DNA from: a bacterium
GTDB lineage: Bacteria > Muiribacteriota > UBA6191
Assembly (NCBI GenBank): GCA_036339875.1
Contig: JAYZAC010000122.1
Coordinates: forward strand, 1 to 50,297
Direction: 5' to 3'
DNA length: 50,297 bases
Numbering within the stretch: position 1 is the first letter of the stretch; each line of letters begins with the position of its first letter. The notes under the pieces were generated by a model. That model made no database searches and had not been told where the DNA came from. It saw only the letters and a program-made list of their open reading frames with translations. The position numbers and the translations under genes are program-made. This document shows, in pieces, positions 28,458 through 37,235 of this stretch.

Positions 28458-29825
28458 TTAATGTAATTCTCGTAGTAAACTTAAGATCCTAGATTTTTGT
28501 TCCAATCTTTCTGTACATTCCTCAATCTTGGTAGAATTTCCGAATTGGTGTTTGAATTCAGCGATCATCTCACGAGCATGTTCAAAGTCTCCGCGACTTT
28601 CTAACACTCTGGCGTGCTCGACTAGACTGATCACACAAGATGGGTTTAACGAACGGGATTTGGTTAATGCTTGTTCCGCCTGTTCATAATCTCGGCGTTT
28701 GAGATATGACTGGGCCAATTCTAGGTAAGAGCGGGCATGCTCAAAATCGTTAAGAGGTTTAATTTCGGGATCAAGCCCTACAGTTTTCTCCGTCTCTAAT
28801 CTTGCGCCACATTGACTACAGAATTTGCTTTGTTCAACACTCTTGAAGCCACAGGATTGACAATGAACGGGATTCCTTGAGGCAATAACTGAAGCTTTTT
28901 GAAATATCTGATCAAAATGTTTAAATCCTTTACGAACCTCTCTGAAAACAACATTATGAGCATGATCTTTAGAGTAAACCAATTCTACAACGTGGTGACG
29001 ACTATCATCAATCTCATCTCCAACAGAGTCGAAAGTTTGGACCTCAAAGTCTGTTAATAATTCCTCATACTGTGCTTGAGTATCTTGAATCCAATCAGGA
29101 TCGTATGTGTCAGAATTTACTTGAAGTAAACGGCCATGGAAATCCACTAACTTATGTAAAATTTGAGCATCGATTGAGTCTGCTACTGGTCTATTGTGAG
29201 TATCATATGCTGTTACGGTACCTTTATTGTTTGAGATCTCGTTTAATTGATTTCTCAATGTTTGAATTTCTTGCATTAAGGCATCGTCACTATTTGGGGT
29301 CTGCTCCAATTCTGAGCGCATTACACGAATTTGATCTGTTAACTGCGTGTTTTCAGCAATTTTAGATTCTAGTTGTGAATTGAGTTCTGAGACTTTGGAA
29401 TCTAACTCACTGTGACTGGTTGATTCCTGATCTTGAAGTTGGTTTTTCTCTAATACAGTAATCTGGTTTGTTAGTTGATTTAAGTGCTCATTGTACTTTT
29501 GTTGGGTAGAGCGAAGTTGTTTATTCTTGTCAATCAAGCGTTGTTCTAAATCAGAAATCTCTGATTCCAGTTCTTGTATTTTCTGCTCATGAGCTGGATC
29601 AATCTCTCCATTTCTCATGGTATTTAGCTGCTTTTCGAGAGCAATAATGATTTTGTCTTTTTCTTGAATAACTTTTCCGCTGTCAGAATTACTCTGCTTC
29701 TTAAGTTGCAGATGCAGCAAATTGATTGTGCTTCTCTGATTTTCTAATTGCTTGACTATATTCCGATAAATATCAGAATTTAACTCTTCGAATTTAGGTG
29801 TAACTAGACCAGTCTGTAGCTCCAT
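28458..29825 (-). CDS. Coiled-coil + GrpE-like head + zinc-ribbon + TPR multidomain protein
   Basis: Long heptad region, a GrpE-type segment (VGDEIDDSRHHVV...VFREVRKGF...ASV), CQSC...CSQCG, and TPR-like helices. ATG at 29825 follows AGGAAGGA; the ORF extends to 29852. Confidence 0.7.
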   Translation of the reverse strand: MELQTGLVTPKFEELNSDIYRNIVKQLENQRSTINLLHLQLKKQSNSDSGKVIQEKDKIIIALEKQLNTMRNGEIDPAHEQKIQELESEISDLEQRLIDKNKQLRSTQQKYNEHLNQLTNQITVLEKNQLQDQESTSHSELDSKVSELNSQLESKIAENTQLTDQIRVMRSELEQTPNSDDALMQEIQTLRNQLNEISNNKGTVTAYDTHNRPVADSIDAQILHKLVDFHGRLLQVNSDTYDPDWIQDTQAQYEELLTDFEVQTFDSVGDEIDDSRHHVVELVYSKDHAHNVVFREVRKGFKHFDQIFQKASVIASRNPVHCQSCGFKSVEQSKFCSQCGARLETEKTVGLDPEIKPLNDFEHARSYLELAQSYLKRRDYEQAEQALTKSRSLNPSCVISLVEHARVLESRGDFEHAREMIAEFKHQFGNSTKIEECTERLEQKSRILSLLRELH

Positions 29826-31864
29826 TCGGGGTCCATTCCTTCCTGCAGCCAATGCTGCACGCGTTCAAACATAGTTTCAGAATCTAATTTTAACTCTTTA
29901 CAAAGATTGCTTACTGTTCCATGGGTTACAAATTCATCTGGTATGCCTAAGGTCAACTGTTTCACCGGATAATCTAATTTTAGTAAATTGATTTCTTCCG
30001 CTATAGCACTTCCAAAGCCTCCCTGAACACATCCATCTTCCATAGTAACCAGTCTAAATTTATTCATTGGCAACTGAAAGTCAAGCATTTGTATATCAAT
30101 TGGTTTGACGAATCTCGCGTCCACTATAGTAACGTCTAACTTTAGATCCCTTTTAATCTTTTCTGCAACCTGTTTAGCTTCATACAGCATTCGTCCAATC
30201 GATATTATTAGTAAATCGCTACCCTGATGAATCAAGCGAGACTGGCCAATTTCTATGGTTTCAGATATGCCTTGGTAATCAAGCCCGAGACCAGAACCTC
30301 TCGGATATCTAATAGCAGATGGACCTTGATCATGTTGGTGCATTGTATTAAGCATTTTTACGAACTCACATTCATCGGACGGTGCCATGACTGTAACTCT
30401 TGGAATACATCGTAAATAAGCCATATCGAAAACGCCATGATGAGTAGGCCCATCTGCTCCAACTAACCCGGATCGATCCATACAGAAGCGAACAGGGAGA
30501 TTCTGCAGACATACATCATGAATTATCTGATCAAATGCTCTCTGTAAAAAAGTAGAATAAATTGCTACAAAAGGCCTCAGACCCCGACTCGCTAGACCGG
30601 CACCCATTGTTACAGCATGTTGTTCCGCCATGGCAACATCAAAAAATCTGTTTGGAATTGAATCTCTAAACTTTGAAAGCCCGGTTCCGTCTGGCATTGC
30701 CGCAGTAATTGTATGGACCTTATTATCTGCTTTAGCTAGTTCAGTTAAGTGTTCTCCCAGTATGTTGCTGTACGAAGGTGAGGAGGACGAAGGCTTTATG
30801 AAATTACCGTTACAAGGGTCGTAAGGACCACCGCCATGCCATTTTGCTCCTGCTGTAGAAATATCCTCGGCCGGTTGAAAGCCTTTTCCCTTTGTTGTTC
30901 GACAATGAATAATTACTGGGCGATCAAGCTCTTTAGCCTCAAGAAATACATCGATCAAACTGGACATATCATGACCATCTACCGGTCCCATATATCGAAT
31001 TCCTAATTCTTCGAAAATAACTCCAGGAGTCATCAAGTACTTAAAGCTATTTTTCATTTTCGACATTAATTGATAAAGGTGATCTCCATAAACGGGGATG
31101 TCTTTAACTAGATGCTTTAAATATTCTTTTGAGCTTCGAAGGTGTGGCTCGTCTCTCACTCTGTCAAAATAACGCGAAAAACCGCCTACATTAGGTGCGA
31201 TTGACATCCCGTTATCATTAAGAATTATAATCATCCTTGTTTTACAATGTCCCAAGTGATTCATTGCTTCAAAAGCCATTCCTTCGGTGAATGCTCCATC
31301 CCCGATGAGCGCAATCACATGATGTTTTTCATTTAGATGGTCTCGGGCCAGAGCGCGACCAAATGCCGCTGATAACGAGGTACCCCCGTGACCCATTGTG
31401 AAGTGATCAAATACTGATTCATCACTATGAGAAAATCCCGATAATCCTTTGTATTGACGAAGAGATTCAAATCCATTTTGTCTCCCAGTAAGCATTTTGT
31501 GAACATATGCCTGATGACCTACATCGAAAATCAATTCATCTTTAGGAAAATCAAAGATCCGGTGGAGAGCTGTCGTTATCTCGACTACCCCAAGATTAGG
31601 TGCGAGATGACCGCCTGTTTTAGACAATTTATGAATAAGAAAATCACGTATTTCTTCATTTAATGATGCTAACTTAGACTCTGGAATGCTTTTAACATCC
31701 TGTGTACACTTAATTTTATCGAGTAAGGGGCGAATCACTGCGACTTCATTCACTTTTTCAATTAAATCCACAGTCTCCAATTCAGGTTGGTCTATATGGA
31801 CAGTTTGATCGTCACGATCCGATGTTTCTTCTTCTATATTTTTCTGAAGTGCAATTTGTTCCAT
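29804..31864 (-). CDS. dxs: 1-deoxy-D-xylulose-5-phosphate synthase
   Basis: GGHLAPNLG, FDVGHQAY, GDGA...NDNGMSI, GPVDGH, AEQHAV, YSTFLQRAFDQ, DGPTHHG, IRYPRG. Confidence 0.97.
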   Translation of the reverse strand: MEQIALQKNIEEETSDRDDQTVHIDQPELETVDLIEKVNEVAVIRPLLDKIKCTQDVKSIPESKLASLNEEIRDFLIHKLSKTGGHLAPNLGVVEITTALHRIFDFPKDELIFDVGHQAYVHKMLTGRQNGFESLRQYKGLSGFSHSDESVFDHFTMGHGGTSLSAAFGRALARDHLNEKHHVIALIGDGAFTEGMAFEAMNHLGHCKTRMIIILNDNGMSIAPNVGGFSRYFDRVRDEPHLRSSKEYLKHLVKDIPVYGDHLYQLMSKMKNSFKYLMTPGVIFEELGIRYMGPVDGHDMSSLIDVFLEAKELDRPVIIHCRTTKGKGFQPAEDISTAGAKWHGGGPYDPCNGNFIKPSSSSPSYSNILGEHLTELAKADNKVHTITAAMPDGTGLSKFRDSIPNRFFDVAMAEQHAVTMGAGLASRGLRPFVAIYSTFLQRAFDQIIHDVCLQNLPVRFCMDRSGLVGADGPTHHGVFDMAYLRCIPRVTVMAPSDECEFVKMLNTMHQHDQGPSAIRYPRGSGLGLDYQGISETIEIGQSRLIHQGSDLLIISIGRMLYEAKQVAEKIKRDLKLDVTIVDARFVKPIDIQMLDFQLPMNKFRLVTMEDGCVQGGFGSAIAEEINLLKLDYPVKQLTLGIPDEFVTHGTVSNLCKELKLDSETMFERVQHWLQEGMDPEWSYRLV

Positions 31865-31874
31865 GCTAGATTAC

Positions 31875-32354
31875 TCATTGTTTCATCACTAAGCACGTTG
31901 CTAGTGCTGCGATACCCTCTCCTCGACCAGTGAAACCCAGTTTCTCCGTAGTGGTAGCTTTTACCTGAATTTGTTCTGCAGCTATGCCTAAGCATTCAGC
32001 AATGCAGTCGGACATCTTATCACGATATGGAGCTATTTTAGGCTTTTCGCAGACGATAGTACTATCGATGTTACAAATTGACCAACCATTCTTATCTAAT
32101 TCATCACGAACTTTCTTTAAAATAATTCTGCTGTCTATGTTTAACGTCTCCTCAATACCGGGAGGAAAGTGATGTCCAATATCTTGTTGTCCAATAGCTC
32201 CTAAAATCGCATCAGCAATGGCATGTAAAAGTACGTCTCCGTCAGAATGTCCCTTGAGGCCAAATGGATGTTCCACCACTATTCCACCTAGTTTTAGGCT
32301 TTTATTTTCGCAAAAAGGATGAACATCAAAACCTTGACCAACTCGAATTTTCAA
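31875..32354 (-). CDS. ispF: 2-C-methyl-D-erythritol 2,4-cyclodiphosphate synthase
   Basis: RVGQGFDVH, GHSDGDVLLHA, KATTTEKLGFTGRGEGIA. TTG start overlaps the dxr stop. Confidence 0.97.
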   Translation of the reverse strand: MKIRVGQGFDVHPFCENKSLKLGGIVVEHPFGLKGHSDGDVLLHAIADAILGAIGQQDIGHHFPPGIEETLNIDSRIILKKVRDELDKNGWSICNIDSTIVCEKPKIAPYRDKMSDCIAECLGIAAEQIQVKATTTEKLGFTGRGEGIAALATCLVMKQ

Positions 32355-33541
32355 TGAGTACTCCTCGACGCTCCCGCGATATATTGCCTACATAATTTTC
32401 GTGAAAGACGATCAACCTCCAGAACATCCATGACTGTTGGTTCTTTAATGACTTTGTGTTTTTCCAGGCACCATTCAATAGTTCTCGGAATCCCAGAAAA
32501 ATTTATTTTACCTTCTAAAAAAGCTTCCACAGCGACCTCATTTGATGCATTCAAGACGGCAGGATAACTATGTCCGTTTCTTGAAGCCTCATATGCCAAT
32601 TTTAAGCAGGGAAATCGCTTGATATCTGGTGCCTCAAAACTGAGTTGACCAATTTTTACGAGATCAAGGCTGGGTAGTGATTCTAATGGCATTCTTTGAG
32701 GATGTGTAAGGGCATAATGGATTGGAATTGTCATATCAGGCCAGCCAAGTTGAGCAAGAACGGAGGAGTCCTCGAACTCGACCATGGAGTGTATTATACT
32801 CTGTGGATGCACAACGACATCTATCGCATTTACTTCACAATTAAATAGCCATCTAGCCTCGATGACCTCCAAGCCTTTGTTCATTAATGTACTAGAGTCT
32901 ATTGTTATTTTTGCACCCATTTCCCAATTTGGATGTTTCAACGCTTCCTCTACAGTAGCCTCGTTCATTTCGTGGAGAGTACTGTTAAGAAAACGGCCTC
33001 CAGATGCTGTTAATATAAGTTTTTTAAAGCTCTGGTGTTTGGATTGCAGACATTGAAATATCGCTGAATGTTCAGAATCTACAGGTATGATTTCAGCACC
33101 AGGATTGTCATTAACTAAGCCTTTAACTAGATGACCGGCACTCACAAGCGTTTCTTTATTAGCGAGAGCGACCTTTAATCCAGCCTGAAGAGACGAAAAT
33201 ACAGGCATAAGACCAACGTTGCCGACCATACCAGCTACAACTATATCAGCATCACAATTACGTAGATAGCTAAGTAAATCATTTAAGCCTGAGTATAGAC
33301 TGACATTATGAAGTGCAAATTCAGATTCACTTCCAGTTGCAATATTTTCGTCCATGAGATGTACAAAATCTGGCTGGAATTCTAGACTATCTCGAAGTAA
33401 TTGCTTAGTGCTTTTATTCGCCGTTATTGCACTTATTTTGAATCGTTCGGGGTAACTGCGAGCCAAGGCAAGAGTACTTTGTCCTATAGAACCTGTCGCA
33501 CCTAATACGACTAATTTTTTGGGTTGAATTTCGTTATTCAT
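32351..33541 (-). CDS. dxr: 1-deoxy-D-xylulose-5-phosphate reductoisomerase
   Basis: LGATGSIG, LANKE, PVDSEHSAIFQ, HPNWEMGAKITIDS, NKGLEVIEA. Confidence 0.97.
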   Translation of the reverse strand: MNNEIQPKKLVVLGATGSIGQSTLALARSYPERFKISAITANKSTKQLLRDSLEFQPDFVHLMDENIATGSESEFALHNVSLYSGLNDLLSYLRNCDADIVVAGMVGNVGLMPVFSSLQAGLKVALANKETLVSAGHLVKGLVNDNPGAEIIPVDSEHSAIFQCLQSKHQSFKKLILTASGGRFLNSTLHEMNEATVEEALKHPNWEMGAKITIDSSTLMNKGLEVIEARWLFNCEVNAIDVVVHPQSIIHSMVEFEDSSVLAQLGWPDMTIPIHYALTHPQRMPLESLPSLDLVKIGQLSFEAPDIKRFPCLKLAYEASRNGHSYPAVLNASNEVAVEAFLEGKINFSGIPRTIEWCLEKHKVIKEPTVMDVLEVDRLSRKLCRQYIAGASRSTH

Positions 33542-33654
33542 AGGCTGTGCGGCTATTCAGAAAATATACAATCTCGCTGAATATGTATTTTAACAGTGTA
33601 TTAGAAACAGTATAGGTGCAGATCCGTTTCAAATAAAGGTAAATTTGTCACATT

Positions 33655-34497
33655 CTAAATCTCTGTACAGAGTGTGGTTTCAAATACTGAATGGCCTAGT
33701 TCCAAAAGTTTAGGAAGCGTTTTTTTTGCTAAATCTCGAGTTTTAAATAACGCAAAGAATGTTGAACCGCTACCGCTCATACCACAGTAGAAACTTCTTT
33801 TTGTTAAAAATCGCCTCAATTCAGAGAAAATCAAAGCTAGTTTTGGATTAGCCTGGCATGCGGCCCTTTCTAAATCATTGTGTAAAATATCATGAAGTTT
33901 ACTGTCACTGGATTTTAGATATTTTAATATCATATCTGGCTGATATTCCCAATTTGATTTTGGTAGTCCATCAAAAATACTAAAAATCAAACCTGTGTCA
34001 CTATGTATATGGGGCGTAATTAGGAGTGCGGGAATTTCAAGATTTTGTGATAGAGGTTCAAGAATTTCTCCATGACCACTTACTAAACAAGCTTTACTTT
34101 GTAGAAAAAAAGGTATATCGGCACCCAAATTACGAGCTATCTCCATAAGTCGGTTTGATTGTTTTCCGAAAGTTTTTAGGTATATGCCTGCATTACTAGA
34201 GCCTCCCCCTAGGCCCGCTCCCATGGGAATTTTCTTCTCAATCTTGATAAGATGATTTCCTATATCGACTTGATTACTTAAAAGTGCTAAATGTGCTTTG
34301 TAGACTAAATTGTCTTCTTTATTTATCTCACAGCCGCGAACATATATATCAGTAAACTGATTTGATGATACGTGAATTTCATCCTTCAATTCGCCTACAG
34401 CATAAAAGAACAGTGATTGAATAGGGTGATATCCAAGCTCATCCAGAGGATGAACTTTCAATCCTACATTAATTTTCGGGTAGCAAGTCAACTTCAT
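33655..34497 (-). CDS. ispE: 4-diphosphocytidyl-2-C-methyl-D-erythritol kinase
   Basis: KINVGL, KKIPMGAGLGGGSSNA, LGADIPFF, NDLE, MSGSGST. ATG at 34497 is chosen because the upstream ATG (34530) lies inside a terminator hairpin. Confidence 0.93.
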   Translation of the reverse strand: MKLTCYPKINVGLKVHPLDELGYHPIQSLFFYAVGELKDEIHVSSNQFTDIYVRGCEINKEDNLVYKAHLALLSNQVDIGNHLIKIEKKIPMGAGLGGGSSNAGIYLKTFGKQSNRLMEIARNLGADIPFFLQSKACLVSGHGEILEPLSQNLEIPALLITPHIHSDTGLIFSIFDGLPKSNWEYQPDMILKYLKSSDSKLHDILHNDLERAACQANPKLALIFSELRRFLTKRSFYCGMSGSGSTFFALFKTRDLAKKTLPKLLELGHSVFETTLCTEI

Positions 34498-34518
34498 GAT
34501 TTGAAGAGTTCGTATAAT

Positions 34519-34548
34519 AAAAAAGCCCATCGGCTAATCCGATGGGCT
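34519..34548 (-). terminator. Intrinsic terminator after carD
   Basis: Perfect 10-bp stem AGCCCATCGG/CCGATGGGCT with a 5-nt loop, followed by a T run on the minus strand. Confidence 0.85.
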
Positions 34549-34564
34549 CCAGATGATTTTTACG

Positions 34565-35059
34565 TTACTGTATGCACATGCAATCTTGCAATTTTTTCAT
34601 GCTATCTTCCGTACTCAAGTGGCAAGACGCTTCGATCTCGCCCACTAAAAGCTGCTCTGTTTTTTCGAACAACAGTTTATCCTTGAGGCCAAGTTCTCGA
34701 CTATCACCTTTTTGATACAAAGCTTTGTATACTTTCGCCACTTCAAGAATATCACCTCTGGCAATTCTTTCAGAATATTCTTTGTGGACGCGATGGAAAT
34801 TGGACTTAGGATCCGGGACCAACGTATCATTTCCCTTGAGATAGTCCAGCGTTTGGTTAATCGTAGCCTCATTAACCGGCAATCGGATTCCACTATCCTT
34901 GATCTTGTCCACTGGTATCATAACCCGGTCCAATTCATTGACCTTAAAATCAAAGATGTAATACCAGGTGGGTGTACCCAAAATTAGCATCTTTTGAACT
35001 TCACGCAATACCCCTTTACCGTGAGTCGGATGCACAATCACAGTCCCTACTTCTAACAT
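34565..35059 (-). CDS. carD: CarD/CdnL-family RNA polymerase-binding transcription factor
   Basis: VGTVIVHPTHGKG, VMIPV...GIR, GDILEVAKV, LLVGEI. ATG at 35059 follows a GGGGAAAG RBS. Confidence 0.88.
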   Translation of the reverse strand: MLEVGTVIVHPTHGKGVLREVQKMLILGTPTWYYIFDFKVNELDRVMIPVDKIKDSGIRLPVNEATINQTLDYLKGNDTLVPDPKSNFHRVHKEYSERIARGDILEVAKVYKALYQKGDSRELGLKDKLLFEKTEQLLVGEIEASCHLSTEDSMKKLQDCMCIQ

Positions 35060-35138
35060 GACTTTCCCCCATTGATTTGTCGTTGTGTGAAAATGAATAT
35101 ATTTGCTTGTAATTGATAAATTAATGTTATGGGTTGGG

Positions 35139-35167
35139 AGTATAGGAAGGTGCGGGGGGTGTGTCAA
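35139..35167 (-). promoter_or_regulatory. sigma70-type promoter for carD
   Basis: Minus strand TTGACA-17 nt-TATACT, 79 nt upstream of the carD ATG. Confidence 0.75.
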
Positions 35168-35311
35168 TTTGCATAAGATAAATTTCTATGATTTTAATAG
35201 TTTTTTGTATGGCTTTGCTTAAATTTGAGATTTTTATTCTTGACGCTAATTCAAAATGAGGGCTTTTTATGTATGTAATGCTACAAATATGATTAGTTTT
35301 CTAGTGACACG

Positions 35312-36628
35312 TTGAAGGATCGTAAACGCATACTCTTTAAAGAGTGGGCTCTATGTGCTATAAATTCGTCGATGTATTTTTTAGTAGGCTCTTCATTACC
35401 CTCCCTGAAACTCCTTTGGTTTGTATGCTTAATAATTTTCACCGTTGATATTCACACTAGGGAAGTTGAGGTTTACCTCGGTGAAGAAGTTATCGCTGCT
35501 AGGAAGGCCTGGAGCGTTTCTGATTCCGCATCAAGTACAGTCGAGATTGATCAAGTCCGTGAAATGAAGCAGTATTTGACTAAGCTGGACAACAAGTTCC
35601 AAAAGGCAGGCGGCTATGATTTACTCGGTAAAGCAGCCTTCATTCGATGGGCTTGGTTGTCGTCGAAAGACAAATCGTGGATCATGCAAATCCCATTCTT
35701 GCCTAAGGCTCGTAAAAATATTTTAGATTCCCTCTTGAAAGCAAACTGGCAGAAGAAAGCTGATGGAGTATTCGAAAATAGGACTTTGCTAATTTTGGTC
35801 AAAGATTCGAAAGTTCTACTAGGAAGTAACTTGGATTTAGATAAGTTAGTTAAGGAGTCCAGTTATTGGAGTATTCCTGCATGTGACTGGTTTCAGATTA
35901 GAGCCTTCAAACCACTGTTTGATGAATTAGCTCTTAGACAGCCTCGTCTTGATGCCCTGTTATCATACGTAAACGAAATACATTTATCATGGGTTAAGGG
36001 AGACCTAGTAGCAGATTTTCAGTTGACCGATAGTGAACGAGCTACAACTTTGGTCATATCTGCGAATACTGGCCTCCAATTCGTTAAAAATCTTATAATT
36101 GCTGAAGACTCTTATAAATTAGAGGGCTGGCAACTATTGGATTTTATTTCCTTCAGTCAGCAATCTGTAAATTCAAAAGCAATCGAATTTATGTTTGAAC
36201 GTTTAATGTTCCAATCTTATGGCAAGGTATTCCAAGTTAAGTATGTCGGAGTAGGTGATTTTGGACAATTTTTAACTAACGCACTACCTAAAAAAATTTT
36301 TACGTTGTTATTGGCTCTATTGCCCCAATATTCGCAACATCGTGACCAGCTTAGTAAACTTGTTGGTGCTGGTGGATCAAACCGGTCTCGATTTTCGCCT
36401 GCAAATGGAGTAAAAAAAGATCCTTGTGAATCCCAAATGAAAATGATTAAGCAAGCTGTAGAGTTCTATAATTTAGATCATTTGAAGCAAGGAAAATATG
36501 AACTAATTAAGTCTAAGTTATTTGAAGAAGGCTATTTACCAGAAGATCTTAGCTGTGAAGGTAAGTTAGTTAAGAATGAGAAATTGTTTACCCAAGAAGC
36601 TAATGGATCCATCGTTCGACACAAGTAA
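35312..36628 (+). CDS. Hypothetical exported protein with a C-terminal pilin/ComGC-like head
   Basis: 438-aa ORF with a hydrophobic N-terminal segment (start may be the ATG at 35372). C-terminal C..QMKMIKQAVEFYNLD...L.EEGYL....C. Confidence 0.6.
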   Translation: MKDRKRILFKEWALCAINSSMYFLVGSSLPSLKLLWFVCLIIFTVDIHTREVEVYLGEEVIAARKAWSVSDSASSTVEIDQVREMKQYLTKLDNKFQKAGGYDLLGKAAFIRWAWLSSKDKSWIMQIPFLPKARKNILDSLLKANWQKKADGVFENRTLLILVKDSKVLLGSNLDLDKLVKESSYWSIPACDWFQIRAFKPLFDELALRQPRLDALLSYVNEIHLSWVKGDLVADFQLTDSERATTLVISANTGLQFVKNLIIAEDSYKLEGWQLLDFISFSQQSVNSKAIEFMFERLMFQSYGKVFQVKYVGVGDFGQFLTNALPKKIFTLLLALLPQYSQHRDQLSKLVGAGGSNRSRFSPANGVKKDPCESQMKMIKQAVEFYNLDHLKQGKYELIKSKLFEEGYLPEDLSCEGKLVKNEKLFTQEANGSIVRHK

Positions 36629-36708
36629 TCTACGTAGAGCTATATAGGGTTTAGCCGGTACTAAAAATCAGGCTCACTTAGTAGAAAATTAAAAAGTCTA
36701 AATGTTTA

Positions 36709-36737
36709 TTGACACTACCTGTACTCGGTGATAGTAT
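36709..36737 (+). promoter_or_regulatory. sigma70-type promoter for the rpmG-secE-nusG-rpl cluster
   Basis: TTGACA-17 nt-TAGTAT with an extended -10 TG, 38 nt upstream of the rpmG ATG. Confidence 0.8.
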
Positions 36738-36775
36738 GCCCAGTCTGTTTTATTTTTGGATTATAGAGGTGGGCG

Positions 36776-36925
36776 ATGCGAAAGCAAATCATTTTGGCAT
36801 GCACCGAGACTGGTGACCGGAATTATTCTACTACGAAGAATAAGCGAAATACCCCGGAAAGAATTGAGTTGAAAAAGTATTCTCCACGATTGCGACGTCA
36901 CACTCTGCATCGTGAGGTAAAGTAG
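36776..36925 (+). CDS. rpmG: 50S ribosomal protein L33 (absent from the supplied ORF track)
   Basis: Manual translation: [58 protein letters not shown]. Confidence 0.97.
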   Translation: MRKQIILACTETGDRNYSTTKNKRNTPERIELKKYSPRLRRHTLHREVK

Positions 36926-36930
36926 GGTTT

Positions 36931-37005
36931 AGGGCGGTAGCTCCAATTGGTTAGAGCGACGGATTCCAAATCCGTAGGTTGAGTGTTCGAATCACTCTCG
37001 CCCTG
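36931..37005 (+). tRNA. trnW: tRNA-Trp (CCA); 3' CCA end not encoded
   Basis: Cloverleaf: acceptor AGGGCGG/TCGCCCT, D stem GCTC/GAGC, anticodon stem ACGGA/TCCGT with loop TTCCAAA, T arm GAGTG-TTCGAAT-CACTC, discriminator G. Canonical position before secE. Confidence 0.96.
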
Positions 37006-37018
37006 TTTTGGAATAATT

Positions 37019-37219
37019 ATGAGTAAAGTATACAGCTTTTTAGAGGAAGTAGTCAGAGAGGTACATCCCACTCGAGGTCGAGTGGTATGGCCGACTCAAG
37101 AAAAAGTGATCAAGTCAACTTGGGTTGTCATAATCATGAGTTTGCTTTCTGGTCTATTTTTATGGGCTGCGGATTTTAGTTTTGGCGAGGTTGTTAGTTC
37201 AATCTTGTTTGATGGTTAG
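37019..37219 (+). CDS. secE: Preprotein translocase subunit SecE (single-TM type)
   Basis: FLEEVVREV...RVVWPT, then one hydrophobic helix ending in AD. Synteny. The longer ORF start at 36983 lies inside the tRNA. Confidence 0.9.
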   Translation: MSKVYSFLEEVVREVHPTRGRVVWPTQEKVIKSTWVVIIMSLLSGLFLWAADFSFGEVVSSILFDG

Positions 37220-37235
37220 TAGGAGAGGATCCTTG

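Noticed and set aside
35060-35167. 36-aa N-terminal extension of CarD in the ORF track
   Set aside because: The TTG start is the -35 box of the promoter. The ATG at 35059 has an RBS and matches the family start.
36931-37005. Recoding or suppressor tRNA, or tRNA-targeted island
   Set aside because: The anticodon is ordinary CCA, TGA terminates several clear genes, and no integrase or duplicated tRNA 3' end was seen.
36983-37235. Longer starts for secE (36983) and nusG (37182)
   Set aside because: They overlap the tRNA and secE respectively. The downstream ATGs at 37019 and 37236 fit family lengths.
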